Assembly: GCA_043228905.1 (NCBI GenBank)
Contig: JBHGNT010000012.1
Location: 16,616,001 to 16,680,000 of the forward strand
Reading direction: 5' to 3'
Length of the DNA: 64,000 nucleotides
Source of the DNA: Azolla caroliniana
Taxonomy: Eukaryota > Plantae > Polypodiophyta
Notes under the pieces: model-generated
Seen by the model: the letters and a program-made list of their open reading frames with translations, nothing else
Databases searched by the model: none
Told to the model about the DNA's origin: nothing
Translations under genes and position numbers: made by a program
Part shown: positions 34,859-49,143 of the stretch, piece after piece
How the letters are laid out: every line of letters begins with the position of its first letter
Position numbering within the stretch: position 1 is the first letter of the stretch

Positions 34859-36097
34859 TCGAAGCCGAACCGCAAGCACATACTCGAGATGCCTTTCAGA
34901 TACCGGAGTATCCACTTGACCGCGTTCAAATGCTCTCTTCCGGGATTGCTCATGAACCTGCTTACCACTCCAACTGCATATCGATATCCCGTCGGGTACA
35001 TACCATCACGTACATCAAGATTCCGACAGTAGAGGCATATGGTATCTTCATCATATCCATCTTCTCCGCCTTTGTCTTTGGACTTTGTTTTCCGGATAGC
35101 TTGCAGTTTGGTGGAAGTGTCGATCCGACCGGCTTCGTCTTCGACATGTTGAACCGTTGAAGCACCTTTGTCACGTACTTCTCCTGTGACAACCACAACA
35201 GCTTCTTTGACCGGTCCCGGATGATGTCCATCCCCAATATCTGTCTTGCCGAACCCAAGTCTTTCATCGAGAAGGTCCGGTTCAGAGCCTTCTTCAACAT
35301 CCGTATCTTGACTTGATCTCGTCTGACGATCAATATGTCATCCACGTACAGGAGCAGTATCAAGAAGTCTCCTCCGTCAAATTTCTTCACAAACATGCAG
35401 TGATCGGCTTGCGTTTTGTGGTACCCTTGGTCGGTCATGAAGGAGTCGAACTTCCGGTACCATTGTCGGGCAGCTTGCTTCAGTCCATATAGGCTCTTCT
35501 TCAGTCGGCATACCAGGTGCTCCTTCCCTTTCTTCTCAAATCCTTCCGGTTGATGCATGTAGATCTCTTCTTCAAGATCGCCATGTAGGAATGTCCTCTT
35601 AACGTCCAGTTGCTCTACCTCGAGGTCCATGCTTGCCGTTATGCCCAATACCGTCCGGATGGATGTCATCTTTACTACCGGGGCAAAGATCTCATCGAAG
35701 TCCACTCCTTTCTTCTGCTGGAAGCCCTTCACCATGATCTGGGCTTTGTACCTTGGTGGATTTTCGGCATCTCCCGGTTTCAGCTTGTACACGCACTTGT
35801 TCCAGAGAGCTCTCTTCCCTTTTGGCAACTCTATCAGTTCATACGTGTGGTTCTCATGCAGGGAATCCATCTCGTCCTGCATGGCATTCAACCACTTGCG
35901 GCTATGGGCGTCTCTCTTTGCTTCTTTGAAGCTTTCCGGCTCCCTCTCATCGGTTAGCAACACGTGCTCTGCATCTGGAAATATTCGGGGGGCTCTTCTC
36001 TCCTAGAGAGGATATCTCCGTCCCTGGTTTCTGACTACCAGTTCCTCCGTTTGTTCCGAATCCGAATCCGATTCGAGATCTTGTCTGGTTCTAGTGT

Positions 36098-36167
36098 CTT
36101 CTTCTTCTTCTTCTTCTTCTTCTTCTTCTTCTTCTTCTTCTTCTTCTTCTTCTTCTTCTTCTTCTTC
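36098..36167. repeat. (CTT)n microsatellite inside copia pol
   Basis: About 23 perfect CTT units. Confidence 0.95.
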
Positions 36168-39100
36168 GGTCGGATTGGTTTCCTATCTGTATCTGGCTGG
36201 TTCGTCGAGTGTCATCCAGTTACCGACTAACATCCGATTTTCAACTGGGTAGGTCCTTGTGTCCTTAGGCCGGTTTTCATTGGATGATCCGGAGTTGATC
36301 ATCTTCTTGTCCGACTCCCAGTCGGCAATGGTTCTGTCTTCCATGAAGACTATGTCCCGGCTCCGGAATAGTTTCTTGTCGACCAGATCCCACACCCGGT
36401 AACCAAACTCATCATCGTCATATCCAAGGAATATGCATGGCCTGGACTTCAGATCTAGCTTTTCTCTCTTGTCCTTCGCCATATGCATGTATGCGAGACA
36501 CATCCTTACCGGTCCATACTTTCTGAGGTGAGTCTCCGTCCAAGGGTACTGAGGGTGATCTGTGTATCACATAGGCCAATGTCGTCAGCGCCTCGGCCCA
36601 AAACGTCTTGGGTAACTTGGCATGTGTTAGCATGCTTCGGACTCTCTCCATTTTGGTCCGGTTCATCCTTTCGGGCAGCCCGTTCAATTCCGGTGTCTTC
36701 AGCATAGTAAATTCGAGCTGGATTCCCTTCGACCGGCAATACTCCTCAAACTGCCCTTAGTATTCTCCTCCGTTATCAGCTTGAATCGCCTTCAACTTCC
36801 GGCGGATTTCTCTTTCCACTCTCATGTGGAGCTCCTTGAAGACAGATAGCACCTGATCCTTCATCTTCAATGGTGAGACCCACAACTTCCGGTTGTGGTC
36901 ATCTATGAACGTCACGAAGTACTGCAATCCAGCATGTGACTTCGTGTCCACTTGACACACATCGGTATGCACCAGCTCCAGTGGTGCATTCCGTCTCATC
37001 GGTGTTCTTGACCGGAAGGAGTTTTGGTTTTGCTTGCCGGTCAGGCAATCGATGCACTCCTCAAGTTGCACGTCCTTCACCGAAATGAGGTTGTCTTCAG
37101 CAAGCCTCTTCATCGCCTTCTCACTCATGTGACACAATCTCTTGTGCCACAAATCACCGGCAATGTTAGATGCTACATTCACTTCTTCCCGGCATATCCA
37201 GGCATTCATCAAGTACAGTGTGTTGATCTTCCGGGCTCGAGCCACTATTAGGCTCCCTTTGCTAAACTTCATAACTCCGTTCCAAATGCTACCCATGTAG
37301 CCTTCATCATCTAGCTCACTAGATGATATCAGTTACAGTCGAACCTCCGGAATGTGTCGGACATCCTTCAGCAGCAACTTGCATACGGTTGATGTTGTCA
37401 ACGACACATCTCCTATGCCGACAATTCGGCATGTACCTTCATTCCCCATCCAGACACAACCATGATCACCGGCTGTGTAGGATGAGAAGCATTTCCGATC
37501 CGGTGTCAGGTGGAACGATGCTCCGGAATCGAAAACCCACGTTGTGTCGTCACCGACAAGGTTTAACTCATTCTCTTCAGTAATGAGCATCAGTTCCTCT
37601 TCACTTGTCGCGATCGCCAACGTTCCTTTCTGATCCGAGCCTCTCCAGTCCGAACCGTTTCGGTCTGAACTCTTCATCGGATCGGTGGTGCCGGTTTTCT
37701 TCACTTTCCAGAAATGCCGACAATTCTTCTGGAAGTGCCCCGGCTTCCCATAGTAGAAGCAAGCAGGCCTCCCCCTTGACTTCAACCTAGTTCTTGATTT
37801 GTCCCAGTTTTGGAGACTCCGATACAGGCCTCTTCCCCGGTTGTGGTCATCTTCTGTGACCAAGGCCTTCAGAATGGTTCTAGACTCCTGGTCCTTCCGG
37901 CGAGCTTCTTCATCTAGTAAGCTTGATTTTACCCTTGCTAGGGACAACTACTTTCCTTCCGGCCCAACATTGCCCAACGTGACAACTAACGTCTCCCAAC
38001 TATCCCGAAGGGAACCGAGCAAGAGAAATACGAGGTTGCTTAATGTATCAGCCCTTGGAAGGCATTCATGTGCTCCACCATACTGGAGCCTTCTTAGTAC
38101 CAAAGCCTCACTAGATTCCGGAATACCAAAACCCGGTTAACAACATTCTTGTTCTGGAACATGATGTTGATCTTCTCCCAGAGTTCATGGGCCTTGCTCT
38201 CTTCATTGAAGTTTTTGTACATGCTCATGTCGATGAAACACCAGATGTATGCCTTCGTTTTTGTACATTGTGGCGTCGATCTTATCCGGTCTCTTGTCCC
38301 CGATCTTTAACCACCAGCATGTCCCTCATCTTCGACTTCCACACTAAGTAGTTGGAGCTGGTGAGCTTGAACATGCCGCCGAACGATTCTTCCATTTTTT
38401 GTGTTGTTCGCTCTAATACCAATTTGTGAAGAATAGCGCGGAATATCGCTCGGCCACAACCGAGTCTTGAATCATAGAAATAGGAATGAACGACAGAGTA
38501 CACAGAAATCACACATGATGTTTACATGGAAAACCCTAATAGGGAAAAACCACGGGAGCCCACAGACTCCAACTATCACTATATGAGAGAAAATACAAAG
38601 TGGAGGCACAGAGGCAACGACCTCATGCTCGCGATCTTCGCCAAACAGCGGTTACAACAGAGAGTGCTCGTAGCTATTCTCTCACTCTCTTTCTCTCTCT
38701 CTCTGTCGCTCTCTGTACAGTAGTTATGCACATACAACAATATGAAAAATCACATAACAAAGTGATTGCCCTAAGTCATATTTATACTTATATGAACTTA
38801 GGGCTATTTACAAATATAGCCTCAGTAGGCTTACTCGAAACATATTTACAGATATGTCTCTCTTCCGGTTCTCACCTGGTCCTCTTCATTCGTCACTGGA
38901 TCCCATCCGAAGGGACCAATTTCCCAACAACAGGTTGATCAGATATATTGTTGTCTCTCTTGGATCGTTTGGTTGTCACCCTCTCTTGGAGAATTGTTGT
39001 CACCCTCTCTTGGATCATTTGGTTGATCCATTTTGCCACTCCGTTTTGCATGGGTGTGTAAGGGACGGTCTTTTGATGTTGGACCCCTTTGTCGGATAGG

Positions 39101-41075
39101 TACTGCTTCAAGGCTTGGGAGATATATTCACCACCATTGTTGGATTAGAGTATCTTCACTCTATATCCGGATCGGTTCTCCACTTCAGTTATCCACCGAG
39201 TGAAGACTTGGAGCGCTTCGTCTTTCGACCTAATTGAATAGGCTCAGACTTTCCGTCTACAATCATCTACAAAAGTGAGGAAGTATCGGGAGCCTCCTAA
39301 TGATCTCTCAAGCATAGGCCCACATATATATATCTATGTCCACGATTTCTAGGGGTTGTCGTACCATCTCATAATGGAGAGTGTGGACTTCCGGTCCGTT
39401 TCCCGTATCGACAATGCTCGCAAAAGTCCGTCTTTGTTTGGAGTTTTGGAATGTAGCCAACTGCCATCAACCGATCTAGGCCGGCTTGAGACATATGGCT
39501 GAGTCGACCATGCCATAGGTTCGGGTCGGTTTTTCCGACTACATTCACGGCCCTTTCTAGATTGATAGCCATCATTGGATACAAGTTATTGTACTTGTAT
39601 CCGTTTCCAACCTTTATATTTCCTCAGTTGATCATCCATGTCGACTCACTAAGAGTCGTTCTATACCCGTCTTCAGCTAACATGCCGATGGAGACCAAAC
39701 TCCTTTTTACTGCGGGTACGTGCCGAACTTGGTACAAGATAATTGTGTTGCCATTCAACAATTGAATGGGTACTTCGCCTACTTCGGCTATTTTGCATTC
39801 TTGCCCATTGCCTAGTCGGATTGTGTTGCTATCGCCGACCGAATAGTTCAAAAACCATTCGATATTTGGGGTCACATGGAATGTGGCGCCAGAGTCCAAC
39901 AACCATGTATGTGCATCTTGTGCACTGTAGAGAACTTCTCCGATCATCAAGTCCTCTAAGGAGAGTTTCTCCGAATCAGGTGTTAGCAACATTGACTTGG
40001 TTTCCGACTAGAGAGTGGTTCGAGTCAGATCATCCTCGATTCCGCTCGGATCGCTGACCACTCTCTTTCCTCGTGATCGACCAGTAGTTGGAAACATTGT
40101 GACCGGCTTTTCTGTAGTGGGTGCAAAAATTGCGTAGTCGACTAGCTCTCGACTTCAACCGTTGTCGGTCTCCCCTCATTTTTGACCGATTGGTATTTTG
40201 ATCGGTTTTGTCAGCTTGTTCTCTCGATCGATTGAATCGGTCAATCGTCTTGGCCGAGAGGTGGGCTTCTGCTGATTCGTCGATAATGAGTCCCATCGAT
40301 TTTCACCGAATGTCTTCTGTGAGGACTTGACTGATTGTTTCCTCTAGATTTAGATTTGGTCGTCTATTGGCAAATGTCATGCAAAATACCTCCCGACTCA
40401 CCGGCAAGCTCGATAGGAGGGCAAGGGCTATCACTTCTTCTTCAAAGTTGATCCCTTAAGAGGAGAGATAAGACAACACCCAACTGAAGGTGTTGATGTG
40501 GGAGGTGGTTGGATCGGTTTCCCGCATGTTCATGTTAAATAGTTGTCTGATCAATATCAATTTCAAGATGAGGACTTCTTTTCGTAAACAGCTTGTAACT
40601 TCTCCTATAGTGAGAACGTTGTCGTCTCTTTTGCCATGCTGAAATAGACGTTTTCAGCTAGGTGCATTCGAATGGTGGTGCGAGCGATTTCGTTTATTGA
40701 TCTCCACTATTCGGTTGTCACTAAAACGGGTTTTTCGCTATGTCGAAACTCTTCGACGTATCTCCGAATGATCAACATGTCTTGTATCATCACCTTCCAC
40801 AGGGAAAAGTTTTTCCCATTAAATTTTCTAATTTCAACTCCTGTACCAAATTTTGAAGCCATGTTCTGTAGGAAGTAAGATTTGACTGACCTAGTCTTTT
40901 CTTTCAACCGGATAGCTTCTCCTCTTTTTCTGTTATTTGTCGTTGAACAACAGGCCGCTCTGATACCATTTGAAGGTTATGGTGTTCGAATATGTGCGGA
41001 AATATGTATGAGAACCTGTCGATTTATGCTCAACAAACAACACAAAAAGAATAGGAGCAAGAAGATGAATAGAAG

Positions 41076-42092
41076 ATGTACTCCATTTCGAATATACGTC
41101 ATCGTGATGAACTACGACCGACATACCTACTCACCATACACTTCAAATGGATGGTGGATCTGGTCTCAATGCCAACGGGAGTGGGACAAATGAAGTACTT
41201 AGCTCTGGCAAGAGAAGACTTGACAAATCAAGTGGAAGGACGGGCCTTGACAAATAAGACGACGTCGGCTGTTTGCAAATTTCTACTCAAAGAGGTTGTC
41301 TACCCATATGGATGTGTGGGAAAGATAGTCGCCGACCGAGGGGAGCTGGATGCACACGAAGCAACGGAGCTTTTCGAACGACTAGGCGTGAAGCTCTCCC
41401 TCATGACTACCTACGATCTAGAAGCGAATGGGAAGATCGAGCAAGGGCATGGACCTATCATCAAAGCCATCGTACGAGCATGCAATGGTCGAGTCGGGAA
41501 TTGGCCACGACTATTTCCCTATGCCTTGTGGGCTGACAGAACGACACACGACTCGATGACAGGGTATATGCCAACAGAGCTTATGTATGGACACAAGCCG
41601 GTAATGCCCATCGAAAGGACAATCACCTCATGCGTAGCGATACCATGGGAGAACGAGATGAGCCGAGAAGAGTTATTAGTAGCATGGATAAGGAAACTTG
41701 AAAGAAGACCTGAAGATCTAGAAAAAGCGCGAAAGATGATGGCGGTAGCCCGAGTGAAGAACAAAATTCGGTTCGACAAGACGCATCGACTGCGTCCCAA
41801 GAATATCAAAGAAGGAGATTGGGTATTGGTCTACAACAACAACCTTGACAATCAACACAATACAACAAGAAAGTTCGCAAGAAGATGGTTCGGACCGTAT
41901 GTGGTGACAAGTGCCAACGATAATGCCACATACCACCTTGCGGAGCTAGACGGATCAAGGTTGGTCGTACCCATTGCGGGGAAAAGAGTAAAGGTTTTCA
42001 AGAAAAGACAAGACAAGGATCCGAATCTTGATCACCTCGACGATGAAGATAATAGGACAGATGTGAATGAGGATGTGGAAGAATCTAATTGA
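41076..42092 (+). pseudogene. 5'-truncated Ty3/gypsy integrase
   Basis: WMVDL...IVADRGE...NGKIEQ catalytic triad and WFGPYVV GPY/F motif, followed by a PPT and an LTR. Confidence 0.88.
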
Positions 42093-42164
42093 TCACCGTA
42101 GCCAAAATCTCGCACTCTCTCTTCTTGGCACGTACCAAAGGACGTGCGGTTTGGTGGGGGTGGA

Positions 42165-42774
42165 TGTCGTGAAGATTTTCGGCAATAGTGTGAAAATCGT
42201 GTGGAACAAACAAAATCGAGAAAGTGTAATGAGCACTCAAACATTTGTAAATAAAATAAGACTAAAGCATAGTAACCTTTGAGTCCATACAAAGGGGTGC
42301 AAGCAAGGTTTGAACCTTGCACCTCCATGATAAGAGACGAATTAACTTACCACTAAAGCCACTACTAAGTTCTTTAGATTTTATATATTTTCTTTTCATA
42401 TTCAATATTTCGTAGGAAGCAAATATATAAAAACCGTGGGCACAAAACCATGGTTTTAGCCCGTGGTTTTAGACCATGGGTTTAGCCCATGGTTTTTGCA
42501 TGGAGAGACCTATAAAAGCCTATAGTGGGGCTTGTGTAAGGAGGCAAGTGATGTAAGTAAAAAAAAGAAACTTTTATCCTAATGGTGATGTATCTTGTCT
42601 CATAAAACTAAAATCAAGGGTTCAATCTCTATCTCAATCTCTCTCTCTCTCTCTTCATCCATCTATCTATCGTCAATACTTTCTCGCTTACGCTGCTAAA
42701 AACATCGAATCCTTCCGGTCCAGGACCCCGATGGTCCCGCTTCATTTCACAAACACGCGAGGATTTCCTCGACA
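42165..42774 (+). repeat. Gypsy LTR (3' LTR of the integrase fragment)
   Basis: PPT GGTGGGGGTGGA, TGTCG...CGACA termini, TATA CCTATAAAA near 42509. Confidence 0.9.
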
Positions 42775-43131
42775 ACGTGGTTCTGCATGAAGTAGTGAAA
42801 GAAGGAGGATGGATGTTGTCGAGACAGAAAGTGAATGAGACAACAGAGCAAGGAGAAGGGACGAATTTCGACAAGCAACGGAGGAAATCCGGCGCGACCG
42901 CGCATTCTCCGCTAGAATTCGGTGGCTAGCCAAAAGAACGCTCCAAGCACGAACTACCGACGAAGAGAGCAACACAGCCGGTCTTGGCGAAACTAACTCA
43001 ACATTACGATCATTGGCAAGACAAGAACGGAATTCGACAACATTCTCCAGCTTGGAGGGGGATTATTAGCAATTTCGAGTTGAACGAAGACACATCCGAC
43101 GATCAAAGTATTTGATCACACTATTCTTCAA

Positions 43132-43431
43132 TGTCATCAACATGACAATAGTCATCTCATGATTTGAACTCTTGACCTTATTATAATCAATTGATATGTT
43201 TTAACCAACACATCCAATACATGGTCATGTTACCTTAGTAGATTATCTATTCCACATGCTAGGAGATTTTAGAAGCTTCTGAAGCTTGTGTATGAAAATG
43301 AGTCTCTGCATGGAACTACATTTAGAGCCCACAAACATGTATAAATACAAGGGTTCACCTTCACCCTAGTCAAGGTAAACAATGCTTGTTACAAAATCCA
43401 ATATTTTGCTTGTCTATCTCTTGCTTCCTTG

Positions 43432-43500
<69 letters not shown>

Positions 43501-44445
43501 ATCTTACCTTTCACCTAGCTTTGTTTTCCTCTACTCTATATGTTCGTGACAGTTGACCACAAAAACGTTGGACGCGTAGTTGGAGGAGATTCCCGAACCA
43601 TCACCACGAGCGGAAGTGGTGAATTGGGCGGTGGACGTAATAGAAGCATTGATGGATAATTTCTTGGAAGATCTTGTTACCCTGCCAAATGAAGGAAAAG
43701 AGTCAAAGACCTCACTCTAGGAGATGGAAGTAGTCCGAATTGAAGAAGAGGAAGACAATATATTGTACCCTTACCCGAAATATAATGACGAACCGAACAA
43801 AGAGGCCCACGTCAGGGCATTCCTAATAACACGGCAAGCAAACCATGTCTCCCAAAGACTGTCCGAAGCCAATGTAGATACGTCGAAAATCGTTGAATTC
43901 GGATTATCACTTGAGGGACAAGCCACTAATTGGTACTCCCAACACAAGAACGAGGACTTCAGCACCTTCCAACAATTGCGGGACAAATTCGTTCAGCTGT
44001 TCCACCGACGAGTTGCGCAGAGGGAATTGATCGGCCAATTCTACGCATCATATGAAGAGCCGAACGAAATGGTGCTGCAATTCATTATCAGATATCTGAA
44101 CATATAGAAACAACTCACGGGGAAACTGCTAGAGGAGGACCTAAAAGAAACATTCTTGATAGGACTACGAGAACCCCTCTGGACAACATTGGCAGTACTA
44201 GATTTCAGAACCAACACTTTGGAGCAAGTCATTCACTGAGTGCTCGACATGTACCACACTCAAAATAGTCACGCAATGTCAATGGGAGTGTTATAGAGAA
44301 CATTGCCAAAAGCCGAAGAGTTGTGATTTCGACAGGCCGTGCAATGCACCACCTACTTGAATCTCGGACACTCGAGTTTAGAGTGCACGATGAGGACCCA
44401 TTGTGCATTATGCCATTTGCGGGCTCACACGATAAATCGATTCGA
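43132..44445 (+). mobile_element. Gypsy 5' LTR (43132-43550) and degenerate gag fragment
   Basis: TGTCA...TGACA termini, TATAAAT and (CT)n; gag FGLSLEGQATNWY...FQQLRDKFVQLF and degenerate zinc knuckles at about 44345-44430. Confidence 0.75.
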
Positions 44446-47400
44446 TCTTCAAAAAACTTCGATTCGGTTGAATCGGCTTCAACTTTCGAGTTGTTTCAAT
44501 TGTTTGACTCTATTACATGAATGGTCATTCAAAATCGGTTTCAACTATTAGATTGGTTCATCCTCCTTGTTAGACTCAATTGTCATCGTACTTCAACTCC
44601 TATGATCGGCTGATGTTCGGCATCGATAGCTATTGTTGTTGTTTTTTAGTGCTTCTCCTCAAGCTTGACCGGTCGGTGAACGAGAGACCAAGGTTCATTG
44701 CGAACTACCACAGCTTGTCAATACCCAGGGCTTTTGTGAATATGTCGGCCACCTGAAGATTAGTGTTGAAGTGTTGTAAATCGACATCTCCAAGTTGAAC
44801 ACGCTCTCGATTGAAGTGGTAGTGCACGGGCATGGAACGCGGGGTTTCGAGCCAGCTAGATACTACTCATGTTGTCGTAGTATAAGAGGATCGGATCTTT
44901 GATGGGAACGACCAAATCTTTGATGCACTTCAACCAAACAGCCTCGCATGCAGCGACTATCGCGCCCCTATATTTGGCCTTTGTGCTCGACAATGCGACT
45001 GTCCGCTGCTTTTTGCTGCTCCAGGAGATCGCTTCGCTGTCGAGGGAGAAGATGAAACCTGACATTGATCGTCGATTGGCCTTATAGCCAGCGCAATCTG
45101 CGTCTGTGTACCCTTCGAGCTGAATGATCGTATCCGACTTGTATATAATGCCGAAATCCATCGTCCCACGGACGTACCTGAGCACTCTCTTTGTGCAATC
45201 AAGATTATCATTTCGAGGGTTCTGCATGAATTCGCTAAGTAGACCAACTGAATAGTTGAGGTCAGGTCGAGTGATGGTGAGATAGATTAAGTTGTCAATC
45301 AGTTGTCAATACTGTGTCGGCTCGCACTCTTTTGTTCCTGAATTGGCATCGAGCTTGAGATTTCAATCAAGAGGGGTAGACACATGTTTGCACTCAGTCA
45401 TTCCGAACTTGTAGAGTAAGTTGAGAATGTAGTGCCATTGAGAGATCATTATCCCGACTTGAGTCCGAATTACTTCAATACTGAGGAAATAATGGAGCTC
45501 ATGCATAGCCTTCATTTTGAATTTGCAGGATAGGAACGATTTGACCTTATTAACATTGGCTAGATTCTTTCCTCCAATGACCAGATCATCCACATACAGG
45601 ATGATGACAATCGGGTTGTCTAACTCATTTCAGATATATAGGGAGTTGTCCTATTTTGACATTTGGAAGCCGATTTGGTGGAGATATTGGGTGATCTTCG
45701 AATGCCAAGCACGCAATGCTTGCTTGAGGCCGTAAAGAAGCTTTCGGAGTCGGTTGAATCATGAAATACTCCTTTTCTAATTTTCCTTGAGGAAGGTGTT
45801 CTTTACATCCATCTGGTGGAGGTGCCACTCTTGTGCAGCTATGAGAGCAATGACTATCCAAACAATCGACATCTTTGCCGTCGAGGCAAAGGTCTCCTCA
45901 TAATCGACTCCGTGAGTTTGAGCATATCCCACCCGCAGTCGATCTTTTTCTTGTAGCGATTTACCGAACCGTCATCATTGTGTTTTACTTTGTATACCCA
46001 CCTGTAGTCGATCGCTTTCTTCTGTGGAGAATGGGGGATGAGATCCCATTTCTCATTTTTGCATAGAGCCTGCATTTCGTCGTTCATGACTTCGATCCAT
46101 CGTGGATCCTTGGTTGCCTCGGAAAAGGTTTTTGATTCTCGGACAGTCACCACCTTCATCATAAAGGCATAATGATATCCCATATACTCATCGTAGCCGA
46201 ATCGGCTAACCGGGTTTTTCTCTCGGGTGGAGCGACGGACCTTCTCGTTTGCAGAGACTAAGGCTTTCTTCGTTCCATTCGTCCGGATGATTGGGATGTC
46301 CAGGCCTTCAAACTCACTGTCAAGGGAGTGAGTTGACTCGTTGTCGATCAAATCTTTGCATTCCGGCATCTTGGCCTTTCCTTTATCTAACCCCGGACTT
46401 GGTCAAGAAATGCTCTGACCACTCGGGGGCTCATGTGGTCCGCTCAGCCTTGTCGTAATCAAACTTTCTTCGAACATGTGCCTTAGTCGGTCTTCATCTT
46501 CTATCTCTCGTTTGGCCGATTCCGGGTCGAGTCGAAATCGGAGTCGTCTCTGGTTTGTACCAGGATGTCGACTCGTCAAAAACGACGTCTCGACTTACTC
46601 GAACTTTTCAGGTAGTTGGGTTGTAACATTTGTACCCCTTTTGGTTGAGTGAGTACCCTATGAGGATACATTTCACTGACTTCGGGTCGAGCTTCTGTTG
46701 CTTCTTGTTGGGAATATGCACATACACGATCGAGCCGCATATCCGAATATGTGATAGATCTGGGTTTTTTTTGAAAAACTTCTCATGAGGAGTTACGTCG
46801 TGTACCCTAGAGGTTGTACACCTATTCATGAGGTAGATGGTTGTGTTAGCCGCTTCTGCCCAGTACGATTTCGGCAGGTTCTTCTCGTTCATCATGGCCC
46901 TTGCCACCTCTACTATGTGCCGCTTTTTTCGTTCGGCTACACCATTTTGCTAAGGTGTGTGTCAACACGAGAATTCTCGTCGAATTCCTTCCTTTCGGAG
47001 ATACTTTGTAAATTCGTCCAAGAAATACTTCTTGCCTCCATTCGATCGAAGGCATCGAACATGCCAACCTGTTGCCTTTTCGACTTCGTTTTTGAATTTT
47101 TGGAAGTGTTCGAACACTTCGCTCTTTTGCCACATGGGGTAAATCCAGGTGTGCCTGGAGAAGTCGTCAATAAACGTGACATAGTATCAACATCCGCCGA
47201 ATGTGGTTGTTTGTGCCGGTCCCCATACATCTGAATGTACAACATCCATGATCCCTTTGATCACGTTTCTCTCTTTCAAGATCAATTGTCGTTGTTGTTT
47301 GCCGAACTAATCATCTCCTTTTCGGTAAAAGTCGGGAGTCCGATCATGACTCCTTTTGACTGCATGCCATTGAGCTTCTAGAGGTTTATGTGACCAATTC

Positions 47401-49143
47401 ATTTGTGCCACAGTTTCAATTCGGTTTTGACTTTGAGGCCATTGGCGAATATGGCTGACTTCACCTCATTTGATTCGAGGATGAACATTTGGCCTTCTCT
47501 TCGGCCATGCGTGACTAATCGGCCTTCTTTCTCGATAAAGCACCGTTCATTATTGAATCGTAATTGCATACCTTGTTCGACAATCTGACCGACCAAGACC
47601 AAATTTTTCGTGATGGTTGGGACATGCTACACGTTCTTGAGATACATTTGTTTGCCATTATTCCCAAATGGGACATTTCCGATATGCTGAATCAAGTGAG
47701 TCGTGTCATCTCCGGTTTTGACTTAGCCGGGTCGATTGGGCTTCCTCTACTCTTGGAACCAATCTTCGTGAGACATCATGTGATTGGACATTCCAGAGTC
47801 TACAAACCATACATCTTTTGAGGATGAGGTGTTGGTCGGGCCCTGTGCCATCAAATGTGCTTTATGCCTCACTACGAACATCTCCCCATGATCATCATAG
47901 TCGGATTTCGTGGCATAGTTCGTGAGTTGTTCACTGGTCGAAGCCGACTCTCGTTGCTTCTTTTGGCACTCCTCTTCGTAGTGGCCGAGTTTTCCACAAT
48001 ACCCGCATTTGATCGGGTTGTTATGATGGCTCGGTCTGGCAAGATGGCTCCCCCTTCTGCCGAAGTCCCTAGAATTGCTCCTATCGACTTGCCAATAGTG
48101 GGTGATGTGTTCTCAGGTCGGCTGACCCTGTCACCCTCGGCCGAATCCTCTTCTATCATCCGACTGGGAGTAGAGCATCTAACCATTGGGTGCATTTCTC
48201 CTTTGTCGAGCATGATTTCTTCCACCAATAGTATCGACTAAAGGTCAAAAAAGGAAGGTGGATTCTCCCTTGCGAGAATGGCCGATCTAATCGGGCTGAA
48301 TCATGGTGCTAAGCCGCCAAGGCATATTTGCACCATTTTGTCATCGTTGATGATGACATTGATTGACCCGAGGGCATCACAGAACTCCTTGATCTTCAAG
48401 GTATAGCCTGTGATCGACATATCCCTTTGTTGTATGTTGTTTAACTCCTATCGAAGTTGGAGCTTTCATGCAGCCATGTTGGTTGTGAAAATCTTCTTGA
48501 GATTTCCCCAAGCTTCTTTCGGCATTTTTGACTCTCAAATATAGCCGAGCATGTGAACATGAACGCATGATGCAAGGCAATACAACGCACGGCTTGCGGC
48601 CTACTCCCATGTTGGGTAGTCAACATGTGTTGGGTTGGGTTGCGTTTCGTGAGCTCCCTCTATATAGCTCCAATAACCTTGTTCGACAAAGTACTGATGT
48701 ATCTTGTACTCCCAAGATGCGAAGTTTGTTCTATCGAGCTTCTTTGTAGGAAGAGTGCTTCCCATCTGAGTGTTCATGATGTTGATATTTCTTCTCTGTT
48801 GCTTTAACCAGTTTTGTTGATCGTCGGTGTCGTCAGTCTAATCACAACATAGTTGAGCGAGTTGATTAGACAACCACACGCTCTAATACCATGTAAAGAA
48901 GGAGAAACGTAGGTGGTGTTGTGCAATGGAAGTGAACTTTGTGTGTGTGTGTGTGTGTGTGTGAGGGCACGTAAGGCAAGAGAGAGAGAGAGAGAACAAG
49001 AAGTTGTATTCAAGGAAAAATGAGATTACATCCACAATAACTAAGTTACAAAGAGTTGGTTTAAATACCAACTAGTCTAGGGCAAGTGCCATTTCTACTA
49101 ATTACAAAACTTGCCTAGTATGGTCCACTGGCTAGTGTGAACA
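44446..49143 (-). mobile_element. Degenerate Ty1/copia element lacking its 3' LTR
   Basis: 5' LTR about 48892-49143, PBS 48880-48891; gag, protease, integrase (WAEAANT, KLDPKSVKCILIGY), RT and RNase H fragments. Confidence 0.88.

Larger units (their letters stand above)
33153..38929 (-). mobile_element. Degenerate full-length Ty1/copia element
   Basis: LTRs 33153-33641 and 38425-38929; TSD ACATG/ACAGG; PBS 38410-38421; gag, CCHC, protease, integrase, RT (YVDDIL) and RNase H fragments. Confidence 0.92.
29026..41075 (-). mobile_element. Old Ty1/copia element, truncated at both ends and split by nested insertions
   Basis: RT 29026-30600; integrase 30634-31027, 33017-33152 and 38930-39400; protease WLLDSGATFHVT near 39900; gag MASKFGTGVEIRKFNGKNF near 40862; PBS 40957-40968; partial LTR from about 40971. 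Confidence 0.85.
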
